Assembly (NCBI GenBank): GCA_013265495.1
Contig: MU058337.1
Span: 6,988,716-7,052,715 of the forward strand
Source of the DNA: Vicugna vicugna
Lineage: Eukaryota
Length of the DNA: 64,000 nucleotides
Direction: 5' to 3'
The position numbers were made by a program, and so were the translations under genes. This document shows positions 13,085 to 26,954 of this stretch, one piece after another (within the stretch, counting starts at the first letter, position 1; each line of letters begins with the position of its first letter). Under the pieces are notes generated by a model. That model had not been told where the DNA came from. It ran no database searches and saw nothing but the letters and a program-made list of their open reading frames with translations.

Positions 13085-13590
13085 CTATCCCAAGAGAGTA
13101 GCCAGAGTGATCTTTTTAAAAAGTAAGTTTAAAGGTAGGACAGATGACCTCATGCCTGTGTTCAGAGGCCCTCTGTGAAGTCTTTGCAGTGGTCTTGTTA
13201 CTGCCGCCTCCCTGACCGCCCGCCCGCGCTCCCTGCTGCAGCCACACTGGCCTCCATGGGGCTCCTGCATCACTCCTGCCCGAGGGAGTTCCCTCTGCCT
13301 GGTGCGTTCTTCACCCACTCTCCCTCCCCTCCTGCAGGCCTCTCTCCAGTTCTTATTTCTCAGCCAGGCCCTTGTCCACCTCCGTGCCCTCCACCACCCC
13401 TGGTGTTCCCGTTACGTCTCTTTGTTTTATTTTTCTCACCATATCTCTTACTTCTGACATACTCACGTTTGTTATTTATTCACGTGAACTCCAGGAGGGC
13501 AGGGATCTCAGTCTTACTGTTGTTTCCCCAGCACACAGCACATGTTGCGCATGGTGGGATTTCAAGAAATACTTGCTGAACGGAAGGGGT
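13085..13590 (+). mobile_element. L2 3' fragment
   Basis: GCCAGAGTGATCTTTTTAAAA, CAGCCACACTGGCCTCC, GAGGGCAGGGA..., AAATACTTGCTGAA. Confidence 0.65.
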
Positions 13591-14842
13591 GAGTGAGTGA
13601 GAAAGAGAGTGAGAACTGGGAGCGGGCTCCTTCTATCTGAGATTTCGATGAAATCAGTCTTCTTGGGAATCTCAATAGCTTGAGAGCAGAGAAGAGAAAA
13701 CAAATGATGGGGGTTCGGGTGGCAAGCGGGTTCAGGTGGCTGCAGTGGCCGAGAGCGAGGGACCTGGGCCTCTTAGACTCGTGGCTCCTGGGGGTTCTTC
13801 AGAGGTGGTTGTTGGGTGGAGAAGAGAAGACGTGAGAGGACTCTGAGGGTGAATGAGCAGAAATGCTTGGTGTGGGGCAGCTGGAGGGGCAGGAGGTGGC
13901 ACTAGGAGAAGGGGGCATTTTGTGTTTGAGATCCCGCAGGCAGCACAGAGCCCGGGTGACCTTGGACGGCTCATGCGTAAAAGGTGCATCAACATATTTG
14001 ACAGAAACTCAGAAAATTAATTGATATAAAAACATTCAGTTCAACTACCAGGTCTACTGAATTTAAATGCTATATAAACTCAGACTAAAATAAGAAGTAA
14101 GTCGTAGATATAGCTCGTCACATGACCATTTTGAACATTTAATCTAAGATGGGATGGAGCTTTAGGCCCTTGGAAGATGTATAGTGTAACCTTTCTTGGT
14201 AGAAGTGCAGTGGGAAAAGAAAGTGATTTAGGAACATTGGCTATTATTCTTACCTTGACTGTTAACATTTGTTCCTTAATTTGTTTAAAACCTTTTTGCT
14301 CAACTCCAGCCTGGGAAGTCTGCCAAGTCAGTATTATGTCATGAGGGTGAAAATTACTTTTGAAAAACAGCTTCTAAATCAGATTCTCAGTCAGCAAACA
14401 CAGAACTATGCTGAAAAACCGTAATTAACATAGATGTGTGCCATCCTTTCTAAATGAAGGTGGCTGCCTTTGTCAGAAGTGTCCGCTGTAACCAGCGAGC
14501 TTCAGCTGCTGTCGTCCCCACAGACCACGGGTGTCCCTCTGGCTCCCCACACCCTGGGAGGAGCAGAGGAGGCCCGCTCTTCAGTGGAGGGTGGCGGAGG
14601 CCGAGCTCCGTGGCCTGTGGCTCTAGGGACACGATGGATGTGTGGCCCGTGTTGTACTGGGGAGCTGCGCATTCACACTGAATGCAGCGTGTGGTGCCCC
14701 AGGAACTGGGTAACTTGGAGAGCTGTGCTGCCTCCTGCAGAGACCATTCACTAGAACCTTGTCAGACTGATTTCTGTGTTTACATAGCACTTTAGACATG
14801 TTCATTTTTCCTCAAGAAGGTCCAGTGAGGGAAGTAGCTTAG

Positions 14843-15160
14843 CTTTTCTCTTCTTTTCTCTTCTCTTCTTTCCTTTCCTTTCCTTTCCTTTCCTTTCATT
14901 TTCTCTTTTCTTTTCTTTTCTTTTTTTCTTCTCTTCTCTTCTCTTCTCTTCTCTTCTCTTCTCTTCTCTTCTCTTCTCTTCTCTTCTCTTCCCCTCTTCT
15001 CTTCTTTTCTCTTTTCTTTTCTTTTCTTTTCTTTTCTCCCTTCCCTTCCCTTCCCTTCCCTTCCCTTCCCTTCCCTTCCCTTCTCTTCTCTTCTCTTCTC
15101 TTCTCTTCTCTTCTCTTCTCTTCTCTTCTCTTCTCTTCTCTTCTCTTCTCTTCTCTTTTC
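14843..15160. repeat. compound pentanucleotide microsatellite (CTTCT/CTTTT/CCTTT/CCCTT)n
   Basis: About 318 bp of pure pyrimidine on +, except one A at 14898. Confidence 0.98.
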
Positions 15161-17699
15161 CCACCATAGCAGACACTGTATGACATGATTTTTGTTAGAA
15201 ATGCCACGCAGTGCTTAAGAAAACTTACAATTGAGTGGGGAGTAGAGATTACCTACATAAATAACTAGATGAAGTAAAACACACACACATATAAAATATT
15301 ACCTGCATAAGTGAATCTAAGATTCTCTTCTTAGGTAGAATAAGAGATACTGGATGAACCGAGTTGTCTGTCACTGTGTGTGTGTATCCCCCGTATCAGG
15401 TCACATTTCTTTCCTCCCTTCCACCCTTCTTTCTCTCTCTCTCATTCCCTCTCTTTCTCAAATCTTCTTTGCTTTTTAAAAATAATATTTATCTCACATT
15501 TCAAATACATCAGAGAGAATGGTGAGGGTTCTGCAATTGGTAGAATTGGGAAAGTGCAGACCATATTTGTTACCAACGAGAGGTAGGACATTTTTATCCC
15601 TATGATTAATGTATATATGTGTATATATAATGTATATATCTTAGATTATTAAATATGATTAACAGGCATGGATAGAGGAGGATTTGAACCAAGATATCTT
15701 AAGACAGTGTAAGCAGATGGAGATTTATGTTACTACATCTTTAGCTTTCATTAAATGTCATTCTTTATTATAATTTTTTATAACTCTAGGACTATTATTT
15801 TCTCCCCAGATAGAAAACAATATTTCTTTGAGAGTGGCAAACCATAGTTGTTTGGTTCTTATTATAAACCATAGTTTTTTTTGAAAGTTCACCTTTGCCT
15901 TTGCCAAAGTTTCTAAACAGTGCTTTCTCCATGGGAAGCACTTACTATGTCCTAAGTAAATGGATGGAGTTGGGATCTCAGCACCAGCTGCCTTGAGGTT
16001 GTACAAACAGAGCTCAGGGTGGTAGGCCAGCAGAGTAGAAGAGAACAGGAGACGTGTTTGAGCACAAAGCAAAATCCAAAGTCCTCCGAGAAAAAGAAAA
16101 CCTAGGTTTTGGCCTCAAAATTATCAGGCGCCATTTAACATGTTCCTCAGCACACCTCTATGGTTCCTACAGCCTGGAAGGTTCCTGCAGTGTCCATAGC
16201 TCCACCTCTTCCTACCAGGGTTGCCCAGCAGAGCCTGGGTACTGCCGAGTGTCCTGCGTGGATTTGGGCAACCTGGCTCAGGAGTGTGTGCACGAGATCC
16301 AGCAGGAACAAATTAAGGGAGTTCCGTGAAGTCCCTTGATGTCAGAAATCCTTGAGTCAGGACTGCCCACCTGTTTAGCATTTTATCTGCAAAGCATAAC
16401 CTCTGCTCCACTGTGTTTAAGATAAGACCTAGCACAGCATCCCAGGAGTTGAGATGTTGCTGTGACAAGCCCATCATGGCGGTGGTGCTGGTAACAGACA
16501 GAGGGATTTGAGTGAAATTCCCCCTGGTGCATGATTGAAACCTCACAAGTATTGAATGAGTGTGCCTTCCTAAGGCAAGGCCTGAAAGGAACATTCACCA
16601 GGCTATGGGAATATGTACATAATGGACATAGTTTCACGTGAAGCACATTCACTATTCACTATGCTAGGTGTTCACACAAAGGCTCACACTATGGTCCTTT
16701 TAGTAACTAAAGTTGCATTATAAAGAAGATGTGGAGAACCATACACAGACAACTAGAAAATGAAAGAAGTCACACTTGCCTACCCCTTCCGCAAGGTTCT
16801 GTTATCGAACGGGATGGTAGGTATTCTTGGCACTAGGGGTAGTGGCATGACCCAGGATGGAGTCATCATCTGACTCTAGATTTTAGCTCCAGGTCTATCT
16901 GTTACTGTTTGGGTACTTTGGTAAGCGATTAACCGTCCTAAAACTCACTTTTCTTAACCTGTAATTCAGAGATAATATTTGCCCTAAAATATGGGTTCTC
17001 ATTAGACGTGTGAGAATCCAAAGAGGTACCACCATTCATGAAGCTCCTCATACACCCTGGCTTATGTTCCCACTCGGCTGGAGGGAACTGAGTGACTAGG
17101 GTTCTTATTGGAGCCTTCTTCCTCTCCTTTAAGTAATACGGTTTTATTTTTGAGGATGGTGGTTTTTAGTCGCAGGGCCATATGATGTGGGGCAGGCTTA
17201 CTAATGGGGAAGGAAGCTGGACCTGCTACTCGTCCCCTTAAACGACTGCAAGGCCACTCCTGGTTTTCTGGATTTACCTCTGTCCTCACGTTTGCAGTGA
17301 TACTTAAGAAGTGATTAAAAACAAGTTTCTTTGTAATATCAAGCCAAAACAAACATATTCCCCCCACCCAAAAATATCTTTTTAAAAACTGAAGTTAATT
17401 GATGAGTCTGGTCATTAAGGGTTTGCAACATTTAACTTAATTAGTTATATTTTACTGCATTTGAACAAGCTATTATTAATTTTGGGGCATTGCAAAGGTA
17501 GCAGAATGAAATCTTTATGACTCTCAAAGGTCTACTGAAATTTATAAATGAACATATATGACATTTTAGGAAATAGGACATTATACAGTGACAGAGCTAC
17601 TTGATGTCTCACCAGTTGCTAAGACATTGTCTCATTTGGAACCCCAAGTGATCTTGCAATGAAATATAACAGTGTCCATTTAAAAATGCCCATCACCCG

Positions 17700-18330
17700 T
17701 TCCCTCAAACGCTCATATTGTGCCAGACGTTACATAAGGGTGTTAGAGAACGGAAGGGGACCAGCACAGTCTGAGGTTCTTGAGTCCTGTAGGAGATACA
17801 GCAAGGTTTTTGAGTCATTTCAGCAGAACTGCACGCATGCTGTGTGCTGCAGGAGGTCAGGATGAGCAGCTCCACCGCCAGGCAGAGGGCTGGTGCATTA
17901 GGGAGTCACAAGTACCCCGTGTGCCGGAGAAGGGCAGGAGAGCCCAGAAAAATCAATACCGTTGATCACCAAAGGTCTTAGGTTGTCCTGAGGCATCTGG
18001 ACTTTCTTCTGGTGGCAGTGAGGGGTCATTGGAAGAATTTCAGCTGAGGCATAATGTGCGAAGTTTTAGAACTATGACCGGCAGCTGTGCAGAGAATGGG
18101 TAAGATGGATGTGGAGGGAAGGCAGGCACCCCTGTAAGGGAGAGGGCTACACTGAGGTTCACACAAGAGTGCCCGAAATCGGTGCATTGCTGTGGGGACG
18201 TACAGCAAGGAGAGTCATTGACGTCACAGGGTGACACTGTTGAGGGAGCAAGGAAAGTCTGGGGCCCTTGCAGGAGCCAGTGAAGAGGAGCTGTCAGAGG
18301 CAGAGAGGTGCCCGTTTCTCTGTCCATATC
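17700..18330 (-). mobile_element. L2 fragment
   Basis: TGGACTTTCTTCTG..GGCAGTGAGGGGTCATTGGAAGAATTTCAGC motif. Ends approximate. Confidence 0.55.
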
Positions 18331-21300
18331 AAGGCTCCTTCTTTGTAATGTTTTAGTAAGTTTTTGGGGAATTGTTTTTTTTATTAAATCCCTCCAGAAA
18401 CCTAACTGGAAATCTTTCTCCAAATCCTTGTTTTGTCCCATGCTTTGTTTGTTTTCTTGATTATTAATGAATTAAACATTGAGAATCCCCAGGAAGCTGC
18501 TTCCCTGAAAATGGAATTGTCTGATCTTCAGAGAACACTGTGGGGTCAGCTGCCAAGACATGATCTCTGCAGTGAGATGTGGGGAACGCCCTGTGTGGAT
18601 TTCAGTTCCAGCCTAGCTTGGGACTGAGTCCTCTCAAAAGTGAGTCATCTGCTCTGAAACAAATGCATTTGCCAGATACTTGGAAAGGTCCCATTACTGT
18701 TATGCTCAGTGAGTGGTAACAAAGTTCTCAGCATTGTCTAAGTGAGGTTTACTACTGCACTGGATACAAAACATTTAATGTACAGGCATGCATCCAAGGG
18801 CACATTTCCAACAGATTCAAAGGAACCTAGAGACAAAAGGAAGGAGGTGTTGGGAGCCATCTCTCTAGCACGGACTAGTTGAAAATCCGAGGTAACTTCA
18901 GAATGTTGAAGTGGACACTGTCTGCTTGGCCCAGCTGAGGACAATGAAGATTCAACTCAGGGCTTATCTTTAGTGAGGAAGATGGGCCAGGCCTGAGAGA
19001 TGCCTGCCCAAGGGCTCAGGCTTACCCAGGTCACCCGGGCTTTCCTTTCTGGCCCCTCCTGCCCTCGCTCCAAGGTTGCCCTGCTCCTGGTAGATCAGAG
19101 TACTCTTTCTCTGACAAGTACATCAAGGCGTCAAAGGTTTGAAGGAATAGCTCTACTAAATCAGTTGAAACAAACACAAAAATAAGCACAAGTAAGATGC
19201 TTTATTTGGAATTACAAACGGGAGGGGTTGACTGCTAAGCAGAGAGAGTCCGTTTTAGCCTGCGCACAGATGGGAGCTGGCAGCCTCTGAGGCCCGCTGG
19301 GCTGCTCCGTCCAGCAGGTCTTCAGTGGGCCTGGGGCCCTCTTCTCTGACTTCAGGCCTTGCCCAGGCCTCAGAGTCCATCTGAGAGTAAGACGGTGGGA
19401 GCCTGGGATTCCCCGCTCCCTCTGGCTTGCAGCCGTGCCTGCTGACCGGTTACCTGAGAGGAGCCCTTTTCACCTCCTCTCACTCTGTCTCAGCTCCTGC
19501 GCTAAGGACTCGCCTTCCCTCGAGTTGTTCTGCTTAGGACACCCACAGAGCGGTCTCTTCCTGTTTATGAGCCCTACCTCCTCCTGGGCTGCCCACCCAT
19601 GCTGTTTGTTTTTCTCTTTGAGGGCAGACACCCCCAGCCCTGTGCTCCTTCAAGCAGGAGAGACTGGAGCCGATCTATGCCGATCCACACAGCTTTCTTG
19701 GGTTCCAGCCCGCCCGCTTCTCTGGGATACTGTCTCCAGCTCATGGTTCATGAGCCCCAGGGGAAGGGTGGGCCTTTTGTTTCAGTGTCTTAATTAAAGT
19801 CCTTTAAATGTGATATTTTAAGCACCCAGTAGATATGCATGCTTCCCACCAGGAATTAAGAGGGTTTTTTGTTATAGTTTAATGCCTATTGTAAAGTGAC
19901 TAATAAAAAAGTCCAGTTCCATGCGAGTTGAGAGGACTAGAAAAAAAATGATGACACAAAAGAATGTCTTTGTTAATATTCATGCCTGTATTTACTTAAG
20001 TCTTCTAGTGACTCTCTCCTCCTTTTAATCCAATTCTTTTCATAAAAACACATTAAAACAATTCCTTTCATTAAAAAGTGGAATAATATAACTATAAATC
20101 AAAAAAGATAACAATATTCCTCTTTTTTCTGGACATCTTTTAAGTTTTAGTTTCTCACAAAGCAATTCAGACCATTCTGATAATAAACCATTTGAAGAGA
20201 GCGAGAGAGACTTATTAGCATTCCATGCCCATAGAACTATGGAATTTTAAACCACAAGGAAACCTAGAGATCCTAGAAAACTCTGGATGTGGAAAGTTAA
20301 AACTTTCCTCCACGATTACACCGCTAATTAGAGGCAGACCTCAGATGAGAACTCAGGTTTCCTGGCTCTCAAGTCAAACCTCTTTCCAAGATCACTTCTC
20401 AGATTCTTCCATAGGAAGTTTAATTAAATTATGTGCCTCAAATTACTTGTGGTTTGAAACATGAGCTTCTTGGTATCCCAGCTTCAGCGGTGTCAGGGTA
20501 GTGTGTTGGCCAGCACTGATGGAGGGAAGACAGAGCCCTGGCCATATGGAGGGCAGTAATTTCCTTAGTAGAGAGGGATTCCATATTGAAGCTAAAGGAA
20601 CAGGACCTCAGCAGGCCATCAGGGGAGAGCAGTGAGTGATGGAGACAGGCGACAAGAAGTGCCAGGAAGCCCCAGAATTGGGCCCAGATGAGGAAACGGG
20701 GTCCCTCTGTATGTTCCTCTTACCAGGCGCTGCCTGCCTGGGCTACACGCCCCACGTTTCAGATGTGGCTCGTAGCCGTCCAATTGACCCCAGTTTTTGG
20801 AGGGAATCATTTCAACCAAGAGAAGAAAAAAATGTTTTTAAAATTAAAAAGGATCTATTTGTAATTTGTCATTCTAAACTAGACTTGGAGATAGTCAAAT
20901 TTTACCCTTCCTATTCAGATCTCTGGGCAGCTCTGCATTTCATCCACTCATTCCATTAAAAAAAAGTCCCGTAAAGATTGGCCTGGGCTCTCAGGTGTCC
21001 ATGCATCATTATATAAACCCTTTTGGGAGGACTTCACCTTTTCCTCTTCCTTTTGCAACCCTAAGTTTTCCTTTTCAGTTAGTCCTGAAATTTTGTGGAA
21101 GGCCTCATAACACTCCTGCCCATACTTGGCCAAGGTTCTTAACGATTTCTGTGTCAAGCACTACCAGTGATATTGACTGAAAATAATTTAGTCTATTATA
21201 GTAGCTAGAAGAAGGCTTTTATTTTTAAATGGTATTTTGTGCTGTGAGACTTATATCCTAGTGGTTGTCTGAGATGTAAAGCTATGTTTAGATTTAATTT

Positions 21301-23352
21301 TCTGATCTTATCACACTTCACAGTGTGCAGTGTCTTCTTCCCTTACCTCTTGCAAAGGTACAGCTTTTTCAGTAGAATGGAAATAATTTATTTCCCGAAT
21401 GGGACTGATATTCTTTGAATGTCCATCTTGATGTTGATTTACATAAGGTGGATAAAGACCCATCTTTTAGCAGGAAAATGATTTTAATTGTTAGAAAAGT
21501 AGGAAGGAATACCACAACCATGGCAAAGAAAATTAAGCTCATTTTTGAGAAGGGCTTTAGTGTTCATTGTGTATAAATCTCTAGGTATTGACTTGGATTC
21601 TGTTAAGCCAGATAATTAAAACTACAGAAATTTAATGTGAATCAGTGTGGCTTACAATAGACTATTACCTGAATGTGACTTTTAAGACATAAAATATATG
21701 GAGAAATTGAAATAGAGCGTTCACTTATGATATAGTCTTCCCTTGTCAATTTCCATAATGGGCCAGAGAACTTTTTGAAGTAATAGGGGAAAAACTGCAA
21801 GTGATGGATGATTATTGGTAAGTTTCTGTTTCTATCTCCATTGACTATTTTATTCATTCATTATTGAAACATTTATTGAGTACTTAGCACTAAGATACAA
21901 ATAGAAAGATATGTCTTCTGCCCTCAGAGGAACCCACATTCTGGTAGGGGAGAGAAGGATGTGTGCCTGCGAGAGTTTTTGATAATGGAGTCAGATTGGT
22001 GAGCTAGCAGATGGGCCCTCATGGGGCGTGGTTTATCAGATCACCAAGGTCTAGTTTCATATCTGAGCTTTCAAAGCCCAGAGACTGGGTTTGGGCTGAC
22101 AGGACCAGAGTCATTTGGGCCAAGAGGAACTGACATGTAGCCTCCAACCCCACAAGGGAACAAATCAGAATACCATTTAATAACATGCATTGAGAACTAG
22201 AATTAGTAAACAGACCAGAATACATTCATTGGCTGTATGTTCTCTTAGGAAAGTCTAAATGGGAATCATAATGAACTAGTGGGTTGGTGAGGCTAGACTC
22301 AAAGCAAAGGCTGCAAGTGGAAAGACCTTGGCAATGGGTGCCACCAAACAGTGATTCCTCATTGGAGCCAAGCCCAGGAGTCCCACAGTGGGTCCCAGCC
22401 TGATGGATCCCAGCCTTTTCTATTAAATGAAAGACACTGACAAAATTGCTCTGGTCTTACAAGCCCTGTTCTTTCTATTGGCCCATTCTTTCACCAGATG
22501 AATTTAAACCATTGACTAGGATATAGGTTGGTGGAGTTTTAGTGGGTTTTTATTCAAGTTTAGTTAGAGTTCTAGGCAGTTTTTCCTTTGGCATAGGATA
22601 TATTTTTTAGTTCTAGGACTTCATGGGTTTATTTTTTCTGTGTATGCAAAGAGCTAACTTCCTCTATTATGTCTTGATTTTGTTTGCTCTTTTAACTTTC
22701 TAAGGGTAAGCTTATCCTCACATTTCTCCTCCTTATTCGACACGACTTGTGCTTATCCTGTACAATTTGGCTTAAGCATCTTTGTCACAGTGCACATCTT
22801 GATGTGCTCTCCTCCCTGTTGGATTTAGACTCCCCTGCTCGCTCTTCTTATACCAGCCTATGCTTCTGTGTTCTTTTTAACACTCTTCTGTGTACTTATC
22901 ACACTCAGGTAATTTATTTCCTCATTTCCCCTGTTATCATACTATAAACTCCATAAGAAGAGCAGCTACATTTTATCAAACTGGGTATCGCCAGCTGCTT
23001 GTTCAGGTGGTAGAAAGTAGGCACCCTGAAAAGGGATGGATGGGTAGGTGAATGGGTGGGTGGTTGGAGTGATATTTATGCTGAATCCTTAAATGATCAG
23101 TAAAATGTCTGGAGGGAAGAGAAGCCGCTGAAGACCACTCTCAAAGTCCAAGAGACGTTTTTCTCTCTCTTACTGGAGCACTCTTAGGACATTGACTGAA
23201 GAGAAGGGTGAGTGTGGAAACCAGTTTGCAGCTTAGTGTATCCCCTCAACGCCTCTGTCCTAATGTCATACTGTGATTAGTATTTGAAAGACGTGAAAAT
23301 GGCAGTGTTCTCCAGTACTTTAATTAGAAGTGTTCCTAGTCTTTTGTAGTTT

Positions 23353-23830
23353 TGCTGCAGTTTTCTATTGCTGAGTAGCAAATCACCTCAAAGCCTAGAA
23401 ATTTAGGACAATAGTTTATTGTTTCTCACAATTCTGAAATCTGGTTGAGGCTCAGCTGGGTGGTCTGCTTTACTTAATATCTTCAGGGGCTGGCGTATCC
23501 AACATGACTTCTTCACTCACATTGTGGTACCTCAACCAGGATGTCTGGAACCACCTGGGGGTTTGTGGGGGCATCTTTCTATATATGGCGTCTCTCCTTG
23601 GACTTTCTCACATAATGGTAGTCTCAGGGTAGTAGAACTTTTTATATGGTGGTTGTCTTCTAAGAAGGAAGATGCAGAAGCTGCCAGTTCTCTCAGAGGG
23701 TAGGTTTGGAACTGACCCAATGTTACTTTCATCTTTTTATTGGTCAAAGCCAGCCTGGACTCAAGGGGAGGGGAAATAGGCTCCACCTCTTGATATTAGG
23801 AACCACAGGCGTATCTAGGGAAAGACAGCA
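23353..23830 (-). mobile_element. old MaLR LTR (MLT1F/H-like)
   Basis: CTATTGCTG.GTAGCAAATCACC.CAAA, GGCTCAGCTGGG, TATTGGTCAAAGC, CTCCACCTCTTGAT. Confidence 0.7.
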
Positions 23831-25329
23831 GCCGTCTATCGAGAAGAGATGATTTAAAACAGATCTAATATTATGTACAACAAGAAATAGACATAGAAAT
23901 GGCATTTAAGCTAGTTTGTGCTAAAGAAGCATGTCAAAATGACTAGTTTTAGAGAAATGCGTTAAGTTTATTTGGATTTATTCTGGTATTGGTGGGTGAT
24001 TGGTTTAATTATGCCCAGTGCTGTCTTATCTGTTTAAAGTCAAGTCTCTCTTTAATGATTAAAGTTGCTTTCTTTTTTAAAGTGAGAGCATAATGGCACT
24101 TTGATCCACAAAAATAAAAAAGATTCATTTCCTATTATTTTTCTTACCTTAAAAGGGTATTTGGGAAAGTGTTACATAATTAAAGTTTCTTGAATTGGGA
24201 CTTCCACTGGGAAGACTTTGTGATAAATTTTCTTTCTTCCAAATGTTGTGATAGGAAATGGCCTGGAAATGACCCTGATAGCCCTTATTTCCTGCCCTGA
24301 GCCATTTCATGAACGTTTTATAAATGTGATAATTAGCTTCAAAAACTCTTGATAGACCCAAATAAATCAAGATAAGGACACAGTAAGTGGGGATGGAGAT
24401 TGTGTCCTTTGAAGTATACACAGACTCTTAGTTCCCCTTTTTATCTGGTATTATATCTGATAGTCTCTTATAATTGATGTGTTACGTTGAAGCTTTTTGA
24501 ATAGATTATGCCTCCAGTGTTTACTGTCACTCATCTCTATGGCATTTCATGGAACTACGTGTGTAATAAGAGTCATCATTTGTGGCATTCACAAAGAAAC
24601 CGAGACCTGGGGTTTTGAAAGCCCTCTGGGAGGAGGCTGGATGAATTAATAATTCACCTGTGATGGTCTTTGATAGAGAACATAGTTCTTCTCTTCCTTT
24701 AGAATAAGGGAGCCTTATTCTAAAAACAGGATTTCAGATTACTTTCAAAGATGGACACAGTGCAAGCAAAGAGGTGAAGCAAACACAACAGGGAGAAAAT
24801 ATGGGCAGGAAATAAAGTTAAGTTCTTCAAAAATATATGCCCCAGAGTTCTTCATCTGTGCTGGAGGGGGAGGGGCCACAGATTTGACCCAGAGTTTCCT
24901 CCAATTAAGGGAAGAAGAGAAGCAGCTGAGACAGATGCTGGGCGATTCCCAGCTTAGCCACTAGCCTGAGGAGCCGATGGGATAGAGTCCTTCAACAAAA
25001 TGTTTTCTTTCATGCTGTTCTTATAACCATGATCTGTTATAGTATCTGAAGATTACAGTCCATGGGAGAAAAAAATCCAGAACATTCCTCTCTGAAGCCT
25101 GAGGCCCAGTTTCCTCATATTGACTCTACAGCGACTTTAATTAGGGTACATGTGCTGCTGCCTGAAGTCACAAGACATTTATTATTTAAAATAAGCGTTT
25201 AAGCTTCATGAAACAAGAGCATTTCTAACATTATAGGAGGGAACGGAGCGTTCACAATTCATAGATTCAGTCAACGAATAGTGATGAAGGGCCTTCTACG
25301 GGTTACACTGGGGCTGTGGCAGTAAGAAC

Positions 25330-25457
25330 AGACGTGAAGAGACGGATGCAGCAATGGTGTCACAACAATGTGAATGCACTTAATGCCTTTGAGCCGTACA
25401 CTTAAACATGGTTCAGAGGCTAAATGTTGGGTCTGTTTTACCACAATTGAAAAAAAG
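25330..25457 (+). mobile_element. L1M 3' terminus
   Basis: CACAACAATGTGAATGCACTTAATGCC...GTACACTTAAA...TTTTACCACAATTGAAAAAA. Confidence 0.7.
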
Positions 25458-25757
25458 GCAATTAAGGCAAATAAAAGGCAATATAGTGGGACTAGATCAA
25501 GCACGTGGATGGGGGAGTGTTAGGGTCCCTGATGGGGCCTCCTCTCTGGAGGGGTCCCTGAGCCGCTGGTCTAGAAGGACTCCGAACCCCTTGCCCTGCT
25601 TGCCTTTGGAAGTTTAGGGAGCCAGGGAGGTCCCCCATCTCTGTGTGTGGCCTCGGGAGGGGAAGCTGTGGGAGAGGCTACAGAGACTGCCTGGGGAGGC
25701 TGGCCCGCCTTTCTGTCTTCACGTAACCAAGTCCTGTCCTGGTGCTTTCCTCCGCAG

Positions 25758-25847
25758 ACAGCCATCCTGAGACGACAAGGGCGGTACAGATGCTCCACCA
25801 TCCCTGAAAACGCGCAGGAGAAAGCCCAGAGCTTATTTGTCACAGAG
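25758..25847 (+). CDS. DOCK9: DOCK9 exon ~3 (TAILRRQGRYRCSTIPENAQEKAQSLFVTE)
   Basis: ccgcag|ACA ... GAG|gtagta; 90 nt. Confidence 0.96.
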
Positions 25848-26735
25848 GTAGTATGTTCCTTCTACATTCACTTACATGGTACTTAAGTCGTTTTTCTCTA
25901 ATACCTCCCTCCCTTTTTAAGAATTTCAATGATCTTCTCAAGAAAGTGTCACAGAGGTAATCACGTTTTTATGATGGAAGTGAGGACAGAATAACATGAG
26001 GTTTTCAGAGTCTGAGGCTTGGACAGAAATGTTAACGGGGCCAATTCTGATGATAAAACGTGAATTCTACAGACTTATCATAGGCTTAGAATAAGTTGTA
26101 AATAAATGCACTGGACACATGGTAGACATTGATGTCATTCCTTTATCTCATTTATATGTTTATACTTATAACTCATCATCAAGACGAGTTCAGTACACAT
26201 GAAGTACCAGGTAATAATGAGCAGAGCCTAATTATCCCTGATCAGTGTATGATTATTATTACTTTTGTTTGAACATACAGGTAACAATTGTCTTATTAAG
26301 GTGGAAAGAGAAATTACTGCACTGAGATTGCTTGCTCTTTCTTTATTGGGGTGTTTGTTTCTTTCTCCAGCTGCCTTTAGATAGGATGAACTAATTAGTG
26401 CTTTGATTTTGTGTCAAGTGCTTCTTCATTTAAAATAGTGGATTTTTTGTTCCCATTCTTCTAGTTGATATTTATAAGCTTAATCTGCCCATCAAATTTG
26501 CCCACTGTAAGGAGATTATGCTTTTATAAGTAAAGACCAATAAAAGTAACAACATTTAGTGTCCATTGAGATTTTTGAAAAATTGAATATATAGTTAAAG
26601 TTTTTGAAGTGTGTTCTCTTGCCAGTCTGAAGAGATAACTTCTTGTCTTACCTCCTCTGCCACTCTATTAGTAAAGTTAATGCCAGACAAATACAGCCAG
26701 ATAAGTTTACATAGTCTCAAATGTTTATTTTAAAG

Positions 26736-26936
26736 CAAGACATAGGCAAACTGTCCTGCAGCCAGTTTTTGTAAATAAGGTTACATTGTAGCAGGCCTGT
26801 ACCAGTTCACACCCAAATGCCCCTTGACTATTTCACATGACAACAGCAGACTTGAATGATTACAACAGAGACAATGTGTCCCTCAAAGCTGAAAATACTA
26901 TCTGAACTTCTGAAGAAAAAAGTTTGTTGATCCCTG
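26736..26936 (+). mobile_element. MER58A-like hAT transposon
   Basis: GGCAAACT...GTTTTTGTAAATAAGGTT...AAAAAAGTTTGTTGATCCCTG; 8-bp TSD TTTTAAAG/TTTTAAGG. Confidence 0.75.
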
Positions 26937-26954
26937 TTTTAAGGCACGTAGCAG

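Noticed and set aside
14480..14700. Locally GC/CpG-richer patch as an internal promoter (also 19200-19750)
   Set aside because: It is too short and too CpG-poor for an island, with no convincing first-exon structure.
14802..15207. Minus-strand ORFs rich in EEKRR/KGREG
   Set aside because: They are translations of the pentanucleotide microsatellite, with no gene context.
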